NCBI GenBank assembly: GCA_963736335.1
Contig: CAVTOC010000006.1
Coordinates: 1,122,828-1,186,827, forward strand
DNA from: an uncultured Actinomycetes bacterium
GTDB taxonomy: Bacteria > Actinomycetota > UBA4738 > HRBIN12
Reading direction: 5' to 3'
Length of the DNA: 64,000 bases
Made by a program: the position numbers and the translations under genes. Positions 48,865 through 59,238 of this stretch are shown here, one piece after another; within the stretch, counting starts at the first letter, position 1; each line of letters opens with the position of its first letter. Below the pieces are notes generated by a model that saw only the letters and a program-made list of their open reading frames with translations, was not told the DNA's origin and did no database searches.

Positions 48865-51800
48865 GTGCGTCATGATGTGCCCGTGCCGACCGACCTCCCG
48901 ACGGGCGCCGTGACGTTCCTGTTCACCGACATCGAGGGGAGCACGCGGCTCGTCCAGAGATTGGGGAGCGCGTACCCGCCGCTGCTCCAGCAGCACCACG
49001 ACATCGTGCGGTCGGCGGTCGAGGCGAACGACGGCCTCGTCGTGGGCACCGAGGGTGACTACTTCTTCCGGTCTTCCCGGCCGCACCTGCGCTCTGCGCG
49101 CCACGGTCGAGGCACAGCTCGCCTTGGAACGACACCCGTGGCCCGAGGGTGGGTGGATCCGGGTGCGCATGGGTCTCCACACGGGCGAGGCGCAGATCGG
49201 CGCGGGGTCCTACGTCGGCGTAGACGTGCATCGCGCCGCGAGGGTCGGCGCGGCCGGCCACGGCGGCCAGGTGCTCGTCTCGGCCACCACGGCGCAGCTC
49301 GTGGAGCGCGGAATGCCCCCAGACGTGTCGCTCGTCGACCTCGGGCAAGTCCGGCTCAGGAGCTGCGGGAGCCGGAGCACCTCTTCCAGGTGCGGCATCC
49401 CGCGCTCGACGCCGAGTTCCCGCCGCTCAAGGCCCTCGCCGAGCGCTCGACCAACCTGCCCGCCCAAACCTCCGAGCTCGTAGGGCGGGAGCGGGAACTC
49501 GGCGAGATCCGTAACCTGCTGGCCGACCGGAGCGTGCGCTTGATCTCCCTGGTGGGCCCCGGAGGCATCGGGAAGACCACGCTGGCGGTGCAGATCGGCA
49601 TCGAGCAGGGCGACCGTTCGACCGCCGCCGTGTGCTTCGTCGACCTCTCGCCGGTGACTGACACCGCTGAGGCGTTCGATGCTATCGCGAGAGCGATCGG
49701 TGCCGCGGGCACGGGCGATCCGTTCGACATCGTGCGAGCCCACCTCGCGCCGCTCCGCATGCTCCTGGTGCTCGACAACGTCGAGCAGGTGATCATGTTG
49801 CCGGCGACATCGCAGAGCTCCTGCAGGTGAGCGCAGGACTCCGGACCCTCGCCACCAGTCGAGAGGCGCTGCGCATCCGCGACGAACGGCTCGTGGTCGT
49901 GCCGCCACTGACGCTCCCCCAAGACGTTACTTCCGCGGACGGTGTCGCTGGCTCGGAAGCGGGAGCGCTGTTCGTCGAGCGAGCGCGCGAGGCGCGTCCG
50001 GGGTTCGAGCTCACCGACGGTGATGCCGAGGACGTCGCGAGAACTGCGGCCGACTCGACGGTCTCCCACTCGCGATCGAGCTGGCGGCGGCCCGGATCGT
50101 GCTCTTTCTCCGGGTGAGCTCCGCGATCGCTTGCGCGAACACGCCGCATCCCTCGGCGACGGCACCCGCGACCTCCCGGAGCGACAGCGGACGCCGCGGA
50201 GCACCATCGAGTGGAGCGAGCGCATGCTGGACGATGACGAGCGGGCGGCGTTCCTGGTGTTCTCGGTCTTCCGACGGCACGGATCGATGCGGTCGAGGCG
50301 GTCGCCGCGCGGCTGGGCGGCGCCGGAGCGGACGTGGTCCCGCGTCTGGCTTCGCTCGTCGCGAAGAGCCTTGTCCGCAGCCTGGACGAGAACGGACACC
50401 GCCGGCTCGCGATGCTCGGACGATCCGCGACTACGCGGCCGAGCGGCTCGACGAACGACCGGACATCCGCGACGCCGCGCGGCGCGCGCACGCCGAATAC
50501 TTCTCCGAACTCGCGCGGGATGCGCGCGGACGTCTCAGCGATCGCGAGCGCACGAGCGCGCTCGCCGACCTCGAGGCCGACCTCGGCAACCTGCAGACGG
50601 CCTGGCGCTACTGGGTGGGGGCCGGCGATCTGGAGCGGCTCGACGCGATGCTCGATGCGCTCTGGACGCTGCACGACGACCGCGGCTGGTATCACGGGGC
50701 GATCGCACGCTCGAACGATCTGCTCGCCGTGCTCTCGGCGGCGCCGGCGACGGACGAGCGCACCGCGCTGGCGATTACGGTGCGGACGAGCCTGGCTCGC
50801 GGGCTGATGGCGATCCGCGGCTACACCCAAGAGGTCGACGTTCTTACGCGGGTGCGCTGGCCCAGCTCGAGGAGACGGGAGAGCCCGCGGACGCGGTTCC
50901 ACTGCTCAGGAGTCTGGCGAGCCTCTACCTGTATCGCGCGGACTTCGACAAAGGCCTCGCGGTCGGGCGGCGGCTGCTCCAGGTCGCCGAGCTCCAGCAT
51001 TACCTGCGCTCCGGTCGGAGGGGCATCTCCGCGTCGGCACCAACCTCGTCTCGCTCGGCTCCGTCGACGAGGGCTTGGACCATTTCCATCGCGCGATCGG
51101 GCTGTTCGATCTTCAGCGCCACGCCTCGGGTCGGCTGCGTCTCGGACCCAGCCCCGGCATCGTCCCGTACACGACGTCGGCGTTCGTGCTCTGGTCGACC
51201 GGGCACCCGGCGCGAGCGGTCGAACGTGGTGAGGGTGCGCTGCGCGTCGCGGCGGAGCTGCGTCATCCGTACAGCGCGGCGTACGCCCTCTTCCACGTCG
51301 CGTTCCTGGACCTGTGGCGCCGGGACTGGTCGAGCGTGCACGAGCACGCGCCGCAGGTCCTCGACATCGCCGAGGAGCACGACTACCAGGTGTGGAGGGC
51401 GCTCGCGATGATCTTCCTCGGCGTGTCGGAGACGGCGATCGGCGATCCCGCGCACGGGATCTCCTTCAGTCAATCAGGGGATCGATCGTTACCAGGACCT
51501 GACGACGCCACCGGTCTTCGGCCGATGCTCCTTGGGGTGCGCGCCCGGGGGTTCGGACGGCGGGCGGTCCCCAGGACGGACTCGAGCCGATCGACCAGGC
51601 GATCGAGATGATGGGCGGTCGCGACAACGTGCTGTACCCCCAGCTCCCGTTGGTCAAGGGTGACCTGCTGGCTGCCGCATCGGGTGCTGCCGAAGCTCGA
51701 GGCCCGTTCCGCCAGGCGTTCGAGTCAGCCGACGCCGCCGGGGCTCGCATGTGGCAGCTCCGCGCCGCCACTCGGCTCACGGAGCTCCGCTCGGCCTCGG

Positions 51801-51919
51801 GAGAACCGGTCGGCGAGGAGCGCGATGCGCTCCGCATCGTGTTCGAGACGTTCGCGGGTGAGCCCGACACGGCGGACCTCGTCGACGCCCGAGCCGCCCT
51901 CGAAGATGGCGGGAGCTGA
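48865..51919 (+). pseudogene. Class III cyclase - AAA/STAND ATPase - TPR protein (paralog type of 26831-30013), at least 13 frame changes
   Basis: VTFLFTDIEGSTRL, RVRMGLHTGEA, Walker A GPGGIGKTTLA, LLVLDNVEQV, LDGLPLAIELAAAR and TIRDYAAERL, plus TPR-like helices. These can only be read by switching frame at about 49075, 49360, 49795, 50043, 50106, 50270, 50283, 50425, 50838, 51010, 51476, 51515 and 51562. Confidence 0.75.
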
Positions 51920-51921
51920 GG

Positions 51922-52807
51922 CTAAATTCGCGCACATCCGCACGTAGTCGCCGCGCATCACGGCGTCGAGCGCCGGCCACGGCGGACCCTCGCGGAGGGC
52001 GTCGAGGAGCGCTCGCCCAGCTCGCTGCCCGTCCGGGAATTGGTCGTCCCGGATCCCAGCGCCACGCCGCGACCATCGCAAGCACGAGGCCCCGGCATTC
52101 GCCGAGCAGTTCTCGATCAGCGCCCGGATAGCGCTCGCTGACCTCTTCGGGCACATGGGCGAGGTCGAATTCGACCGGCCCACGGCAACAGGTCTCGAGG
52201 TCGATGAACAGCGGCCCGTTCTTCGTGCTGAGCACGTTGCCCGGGTGCGGCTCGCCGTGCAGCAGCTGCTCGGCGGCGCCGCGGTCGCTGATCGCTCGTC
52301 TCAGGCTTCGCAGCGTGTCGGCGAGAAGCTCCCGGTCCGCGTCGGCGAGCGCCGGAGTGCGGTCGCGGCTCGCGACGAGTCTGTTGAGCCTCCGCGACTC
52401 GATCCGTGAAGTGCGGCGTCGCGACGTCGATCGTCCGCATGCCGGCATGCAGCCGCTCGAGCGCATCCGCGTAGTCGGCTGGCGAGACCTCTGCGAGGTG
52501 CAGCGGTTCGTAGTAGGTCCACAGCGTGACCGCGAAGCCGTCACGCTCGTAGACGCGCGGCTCCACTCGAGGCTCCAGAGCAGCCACCGGGCTCTCGGTC
52601 CCGGCGAGCCGTTGAGCGAGCTCGACTTCGAACTGTGCGACCTGGTGCGCTGCACGGTGCGACCCGGGCAAGGACGTCACAGGGCAGCAGGCGCAAGGCG
52701 AGCTTGTTCGAGTTGTGAAGAACGATCGCGTCGTCGACCGGCAGGTCGAGCGCCGAGGCGGTCGACATGGCCGCAGCCACCGCACGCGGAACCTCTGATG
52801 CCTGCAT
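51922..52807 (-). pseudogene. Aminoglycoside/choline-kinase-type phosphotransferase (APH family), frameshifted
   Basis: LHGEPHPGNVL and FIDLETCCRGPVEFDLA (Brenner/DFG-like motifs). The N-terminal, middle and C-terminal parts lie in different frames. The 3' end is uncertain. Confidence 0.6.
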
Positions 52808-52835
52808 CTTCGCCCTGCCCTCGGCGTGCTGGTCG

Positions 52836-53992
52836 GTGGGATGCTGCGCGGAGGGAACTCACCCTACGGCGTCGATCACGTGGGCCGACGCGCTGAGCTG
52901 GCGGATGGAGCGCCACCTCCTGGATCCGATCGGGTCCGACCAGTAGCTGAGGTTGTTCGTCGGCTCGGTGCGGTCCAATCCATGGACGAGTTGCTGGCCG
53001 AGCTGGCGGTGCGCACCCGGCGCACGGCGTCGCGACCCGGCGAGCTCGCGCAGGCGCTGGCCGACGGCGAGGCGATCAACGTCTTCGCGTTCCGCGGCGC
53101 GATGCACTACCTCTCACCCGAGGAGGGTGGCGTCTACCTCGCGCTCAGGGCAGCGGGCCGGCAGTGGGAGTTCGCCGAGCTGGGTCGAGTTCTACCGGCT
53201 GCGCCCGGCGGACTGGCCCGACTTCCGCGGCACCGTGCGCGACGCACTGCGGGACGGCCCGCTGACGTAGCGCCGAACTGGGTGAGGCGCTGACGAAGCA
53301 TCGGGCCTACCTGCACACCTGAAACCGGTTTTCGATGAAGGGTCGGTCACGCTGATCAAGGCGCTCACCTGGCAGGGGGACATGAGCCTCGGGCCACTCC
53401 GAGACGGGCAGCGCACGTTCCAGCGCCTGGACGGCAACCCGAAGTGGAAGGGCATCCCCGAGATCTCGAGGACGCCGGGCCACGAGCGATCACGACATAC
53501 CTGCGGACGTACGGGCCGGCGACGTTCGATCACGTCCACCACTGGCTCGGCGACAACCTGAGCGCGGGCCGCAAGCGGCTCGATCGGCTGGCTTTCCGAG
53601 TTTGGCCGACCACCTGGTCGCGGTTGACGTCGAAGGCACCACGTCGTACGTCGTGGCTCGACGATGCCGAGTCCCTGCCCGCCGCACGCCCCTCGAACGC
53701 CGTGCGCTTCCTCCCGGGGCACGACCAGTGGGTCATGGGGCCGGGCACGAAGGACATCCATGTCACACCACCGGCCATCCGCGAAGCCATGACCGGCAAG
53801 GTGAACCCGGTGATCGTCGGCGGCGTCGTGTGCGGAACCTGGGCGGTGAAGAAGGGCAAGAAGCACGAGAGGGACGAGATCGCCGTCACCTGGCTGGACG
53901 AGCGGCGGCCTCCCCAGGAGGCGGTCGAAGAGGAAGCGCAGCGACTGCCAGGGTTCCTTGGCGACGACCTGCGACTCGTCCTGGCGACCTGA
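52836..53992 (+). pseudogene. YcaQ-like winged-helix DNA-binding domain protein, multiply disrupted
   Basis: ITWADALSWRMERHLL / VAEVVRRLGAVQS / INVFAFRGAMHYLSPEE / LIKALTWQGDMS / ITTYLRTYGPATFDHVHHWLG / VNPVIVGGVVCGTWAV are spread over three frames. The start is uncertain. Confidence 0.55.
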
Positions 53993-54201
53993 CGCCCTTC
54001 AGTCAGCCGTGGTCTGCGCGAGGGTCATGTTCTCCAGCTTGAGTGAACTCCTCGACCCTAGAGTCCGGAGCGCTCCCTGCCACCCCCAGTCGCAGGCCCG
54101 AGGCACCGTAAAGCACGCTCGCTTGACGACGTACCGAGGAGGCTGCCCTTGCGGCTACTACTATGCACAATGGTAAGAGTGATATATCTCAGATTGGAGG
54201 G

Positions 54202-54781
54202 ATGATGACCCGAAGAAGTCCAGTCCAAATTGGGAGTTCGAAGCCCTTCAGCAGGTGATTGCAGCTCTCCAGCCACTCGACGACGATGCTCGCCGCCGAA
54301 TCCTCAGGTCAGCCTCCATGTTCCTCGACATTGGCGGCGATGTGCCGGAAAAGGCTAGCGGTGGCGGTTCAGTCGCATCAGTCATCCTCGTACCCCTCTT
54401 TTTCGGAGGACACAGACCTGCCTCGCCCAAGGAGTTTGTATTTCAGAAGCAGCCGCGAACGGATGTTGAACGGCTTGCGGTACTGGCTTACTCTACCTCA
54501 CTCACTACAGAGGAATGCCTCATATTCAAGACACTCGATCTCAGCAAGCTGAACACGGAGGCCGCGCAGCCCAAGCTTGGAACGCCGCCAGCAGCGCAAA
54601 CAATGCCGTCAAGCAGAGGTATCTGATTCCGACGAGCAAGGGTCAGCGTCAGCTCAGTGCGGCTGGGGAACGATTTGTCGCGGAACTACCTGACCGTGAA
54701 GCGGCGCGTTTGGCTATGGCGGCCGCCTCGCCTCGCCGCAAGCGCAAGAGTCCTTCCACGAAGAAGAAAACAGCTAGCTGA
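54202..54781 (+). pseudogene. Hypothetical protein with a Lys/Arg-rich C-terminal tail (possible DNA-binding adaptor), frame breaks at about 54210 and about 54578
   Basis: GGAGGG-ATGATG start. Reconstructed text: MMT(P)KKSSPNWEFEALQQVIAALQPLDDDARRRILRSASMFLDI...SPKEFVFQKQPRTDVERLAVLAY...LSKLNTEAAQPKLG|NAASSANNAVKQRYLIPTSKGQRQLSAAGERFVAELP...SPRRKRKSPSTKKKTAS. Confidence 0.5.
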
Positions 54782-54784
54782 ACA

Positions 54785-55797
54785 ATGGCCGATTCAGAGA
54801 TACGGTCGGATGCGCGCCGATTGGCGATCTTCAATCACAAAGGCGGTGTTGGGAAGACCACCCTTACGATGAACATTGGCGCTGCGCTAGCCGCCCGGGG
54901 ACGAAGAGTGCTCTTGGTCGACACGGATCCGCAATGCAATCTCACGTCCTACCTCGTGGCAAGCGATGTTGTCGATGATCTGCTAGATAACTCTGACGGC
55001 GAGAAGGGCCAAACCGTCTGGTCCGCAGTCAAGCCCGTGTCGGAGGCCCTTGGTGGAGTCTTAATCACAGATCCAATTGAACTCACAATTGAGAATGTCT
55101 TCCGAATCCCTGGCGACATACGCCTCTCCGAGTTTGAAGGCGATTTAAACGAATTCTGGGCTCAAAGTCTTCAGCGGAAGGCCCGCGGCTTCCGGGGGAC
55201 GATGGCGATCAGTGACCTTGTTTCTGGCGTCGCTCGGCCAATCTCAAGATTGACTATGTTCTCTACGACTCGGGGCCAAACATCGGCCCGCTCAACAGGG
55301 CGATTCTGTTGGACTGCGATCAATTCCGTGGTCCCGGTTGCTTGTGACTTGTTTTCCCTACGTGCACTCAAGACCCTGGGTCGCACGCTGGTCGACTGGA
55401 TCACTAACTGGGACACCATCGCTGAGCTCGCTCCATCGGGGACACCATTGCTAACCGGGCGCCCTGCGTTCCTCGGCTACATCGCAGAAGGGTTCCGGAC
55501 ATATGGGGGCACGGTCACTCAGCAACAGTCCTACTACTTGGCGCAAATCGAGAAAGAGATTTATTCCCAGGTTGTCGCGCTTCTTCGTGGGGTGGATCCG
55601 AAGCTCGTCGTGAAGCGCAGGTCTTTCAAGCTTGGTGAGGTTAAAGACTTCGGCGCGCTGGTCCCAGCGTCGCAACGCGTTGGGAGCCCATCGACGATGC
55701 ACCCGCCGGCTCCGCCGGCCAGCGAGAAGAGGCACACAAGGCGCTATCGCGGATCGCGCGGGCCATTGACCTTGCCTTGTTTGGGAGGTCTACATAG
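54785..55797 (+). pseudogene. ParA/MinD-superfamily ATPase, three frame breaks
   Basis: Deviant Walker [14 protein letters not shown] and [12 protein letters not shown]. Walker [16 protein letters not shown] is only readable in an alternate frame between about 55236 and about 55327. The third break is at about 55683, and the reconstructed stop is TAG 55795-55797. Confidence 0.7.
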
Positions 55798-55800
55798 CCG

Positions 55801-56526
55801 ATGGGATGGGCGGGCGGAGGACCACCTCATACAGGGAATCCTGACCACGTTCGACGCGAATCGCCATCTTGTCGAGGTCTTCCTCGATCAGCTTTACACC
55901 GCATTGAGCAACTCTGCGCAACTGACACCTCACGTCCATTCAATGCGCGGTCGAATCAAGGACCGCGTTCATCTTGAAGAGAAGTTGCGCAGGAAGATCG
56001 GCGAATGCGAGGAGAAGGGGCGGGACTTCGGGATTGACCCCGAGAATCTGTTGGTCAAGATCAACGATTTAGCTGGCGTGGCGGATCTTGCATCTATACA
56101 CGCGACAGATACGCGAAATCGATCCCGCGCTCAAAGGAATCTTTGAGGAAATGCGATATGACCTTCTTGAAGGTCCGTTCGCCCGTACTTGGGACGACGA
56201 GTCCCGGGCCTTCTTCAAGGAGTGCGGAATCGAAACGCAAGACAGTGACACGCTCTACACGAGCGTTCACTACGTCGTTGGTTCAGCGTCTCAGAACGAT
56301 CACCTGCGAGGTCCAGGTCCGCACTCTCATGGAGGAAGTCTGGGGAGAAGTGGATCACAAACTCAACTATCCAGTTCCAACCCAAATCCTCGCACTCAAA
56401 GAACAACTGAAGGTGCTTGCGCGAGTGACATCGAGCGCCTCGCGTTTGGTCGATTCAATATTTCTCACACACGAGGACGCTACCCGGGACGAGAACGCCG
56501 AAGACGAGGCTGAGGACCCAGGTTGA
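55801..56526 (+). pseudogene. RelA/SpoT-domain nucleotide pyrophosphokinase (small alarmone synthetase-like), frame breaks at about 55803, 56083 and 56295
   Basis: Synthetase motifs in order: [24 protein letters not shown]|RILHLY, LYTSVHYVV, CEVQVRTLMEEVWGEVDHKLNYP. Confidence 0.65.
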
Positions 56527-56624
56527 CCCCCGCCGCACGTTGTCTCCGCGGTGTTTCTCTATGCATGTTCGCCTATGGCGCGGGCAATGGGCAATAGGCA
56601 GGTCCGAGGGCGAAGGGCTATGGC

Positions 56625-57126
56625 TTAATGCCCGGCAACGCTTGACTCTTGATGCCCTGCAACGCTTGACTGAGGTATGTCAATCCATCCACCCGCGCCC
56701 CTAGGTCCTGATAATAGCTGATCGAGTATCCCCCCCTCCGAAGGGGAGGCTGGCTGGGAATCGGTCAATGTTGTAAGGGTGTCAAGCAGAAGCAAGGCGT
56801 TGTTCTCTCCGATGACATCGACTATCAGAGCGGCCAAGTCGTTCTTGTCGATTGTTGCGGCGGGCTGGTTGTTGCGGGCTCGGTTGGTTGCTACAGACCG
56901 AATTGGCATGGCAGTTTGCGCAACGGACGTCGCATTTCTGAAGTTCAAGTCGGAGCTCCATGATGCTGTGTCCGACTGACTGACTAACGTCGAACAGCTT
57001 CTTCCCGCGGACATGATCGAACTGAAGCGCGTCAGCATCTTCGCGGTATCCGCAGTCCTGGCAGCCGCGAGCGAGCTTGGTGATTCGAAGCCAAGCGGTG
57101 CGCTTCTGCTGCCGAGTTCTCGCCAT
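56625..57126 (-). pseudogene. HNH endonuclease with a C-terminal extension, one frameshift at about 56905
   Basis: CQDCGYREDADALQFDHVRGKK...LQKCDVRCANCHA | IRSVATNRARN. The break is in an AA run. Confidence 0.65.
56628..56671. repeat. 24-bp tandem duplication (2 copies)
   Basis: ATGCCCGGCAACGCTTGACT (56628-56647) and ATGCCCTGCAACGCTTGACT (56652-56671). On the minus strand these encode SSVAGHQE-SSVAGH at the HNH C-terminus. Confidence 0.7.
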
Positions 57127-57227
57127 TTGTGCCAGTTTCTCATCCTGAGTCGGACCGACCAGGGAGTCCCAGAGTCCGGTTCGGTACACGCCCTTCCCTG
57201 CAGTGCGGCGCAGAGAGAGCTATTCCC

Positions 57228-57560
57228 ATGTCTAGAGTCATGTTTGTCGGGGTGGGACGGCGCCGACCGGGCATCCTCGAGCCCCTGCTTGAGCGGACGC
57301 CTTGCCGAACCTGCAGACCCTGATCGACCCGAGGCAGAAAACGTCCTGCGCTCAACCGGGCCGCCCATAGCTGGTCTGCCCGCCCTTGTTCCTGACTGGC
57401 GTCGACCCGTTCGACTAGGCGTCTACGACAAGCAACAGCTCCTGCTGGATGTGCCGATCATGTTCCGCCACCCGAGATGAGCGGGGACCTGGCCGCTGGC
57501 GGCGTCCTGCCGAAGAACCACACTCTTACCCACCCGGCGAATCTGGACGAGGCGCTTGCG
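57228..57560 (+). pseudogene. Decayed, internally deleted copy of the 5' end of the downstream alkaline-phosphatase-family gene
   Basis: 57228-57429 aligns to 57617-57823 (ATGTCTAGAGTCATG.. against ATGTCCAGAGTGATC..). 57430-57515 aligns to about 57919-58005. The tail aligns to about 58118-58147. The copy contains stops. Confidence 0.75.
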
Positions 57561-57616
57561 GTCATCGGTCTATAGACTCCCTCAACCGGATCCCGGCCAA
57601 GAGAGGTCTCTTCCGC

Positions 57617-59191
57617 ATGTCCAGAGTGATCCTGATCGCGTGGGATGGCGCCGATTGGCGCATCCTCGACCCGCTCCTCGAGCGCGGCGACCTGCCGAAC
57701 CTGCAGGCGCTGATCGACCGGGGGCAGAAGAGCGTCCTGAAGTCCACGGTCCCCACGCACTCGTGGGCCGCGTGGCCGAGCTTCCTGACCGGCGTCGACC
57801 CGGCCGACCACGGCGTCTACGACATCCTCGAGACCGTCCCCGGCACCCACAAGGCGTACCCGGTCACCTACAAGTCGATCAAGGAGCGCACGTTCCTGGC
57901 CGACCTCACCGCGGCCGGCAAGCAGCAGCTCCTGCTGGACGTCCCGCTCACGTTCCCGCCGCCCGACATCACCGGGAACCTGATCGCCGGCGGCGTCCTG
58001 CCGAAGGGCCGCAGCGTGAGCTACCCCGCCGACCTCCAGGACACGCTGCAGAAGGCCGGCCTGGAGTGGCCGATCAACGGCATGAGCTGGACCACGTACC
58101 GCAACCGGCCCGACGCCTACCTGGACGAGGCGCTCGCGGTCACCGGCAAGCGCATCAAGGCCAGCGAGTGGCTGATGGACAACACCGAGTGGGACCTGTT
58201 CGCCACGGTCTGGGTGAGCGTCGACCGCACGCAGCACTGCCTGTCGAACTACGTCGCCCCCGACCATCCCGACTTCGCGAAGAACACCACCACCGCGATC
58301 GGCGCCAAGACGCGCAGCATCTACAAGCAGCTCGACGACGCGATCGGCTCGTTCCTTCGCGCTCCAAGCCCGACGACCTGATCCTGTTCATCAGCGACCA
58401 CGGGTTCCAGAGCTGCACGCGCGCGCTGCACATGGACCACCTGCTGCACCAGTTCGGCTACCTGGAGTTCTCGGCCTCGAACGCGATCTTCGGCCCGATG
58501 CAGTGGGGACCGGTGCGGAACGTCGCGCGCAAGGTGTACGACCTGCTCGGCCTGCACGGCAAGGTCAGCGCTGCCGCAGTCCGTGAACTGGGCGAAGACG
58601 AAGGCGTTCACCACGATCCGCTCCACCGGCGAGGGCGTCAGCATCAACCTGGCCGGCCGCGACGTGGACGGCATCGTGGACCCCGGCGACTTCGAGAAGG
58701 TGCGCGGCGAGTTGATGGACCGGCTCGCGTCGTTCGTCGACCCGAAGACCGGCAAGAAGCCCGTGAAGGCGATCTACAAGCGCGAGGACGTGTTCAAGGG
58801 CAAGCACGCCGACACCGCGCCCGACATCCTGATGGAGCCGAACGAGGGCTACTCGTTGACGCACGCGAAGTCCGCGATCGAGGACGCCGACTGGGTGAGC
58901 GGCGACCACCGCATGGACGGCGTGATCGTGGCGGCCGGACCGCGCGTGACGCCGTTCACCTCGACGCCGTACCTGATCGACATGGCCCCGACGATGCTGG
59001 CCGCGCTCGACGCGCCCGCCGGCATCAAGCACACGGGCTCGGTGCTCTCGAACGTCGTCGGCTCCGAGGCGTCCGTGAAGTCCGAGGCCGTCGCCGGCAC
59101 CGTGGAGATCGCCGACGAGGAGCAGACCGTCAGCGACACCGAGGCCGACGAGATGGAAGAGCACCTCCGGGGCCTGGGCTACCTGGAGTAG
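57617..59191 (+). pseudogene. Alkaline phosphatase family / type I phosphodiesterase-nucleotide pyrophosphatase protein, two frameshifts
   Basis: VILIAWDGADWRILDPLLERGDLPNLQAL...PTHSWAAWPSFLTG | LILFISDHGF | ...WVSGDHRMDGVIVAAGP. Frame breaks at about 58365 and about 58580. Confidence 0.7.
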
Positions 59192-59238
59192 ACAGGACCG
59201 AGGTCACGGTCCTCGTGGCACGCGGGTGCTAGGTTTCG

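Larger units (their letters stand above)
54130..57230. other. Low-GC island (about 47-58% GC against about 68-70% flanks)
   Basis: Hand counts per 60-nt line: 54181-54240 gives 47% and 55021-55080 gives 55%. Flanking lines are near 70%. Contains the four genes listed next. No integrase is visible. Confidence 0.6.

Noticed and set aside
56628-56671. CRISPR-like repeat
   Set aside because: There are only two directly adjacent copies with a 4-nt gap, they lie inside a coding region, and there are no spacers or cas genes.
54058-57239. 8-bp direct repeat CTAGAGTC at 54058-54065 and 57232-57239 as possible att/target-site duplication of the island
   Set aside because: The right-hand copy is simply the diverged homolog of codons 2-4 (CCAGAGTG) of the AlkP-family gene start. 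An 8-bp match is too short, and there is no integrase.
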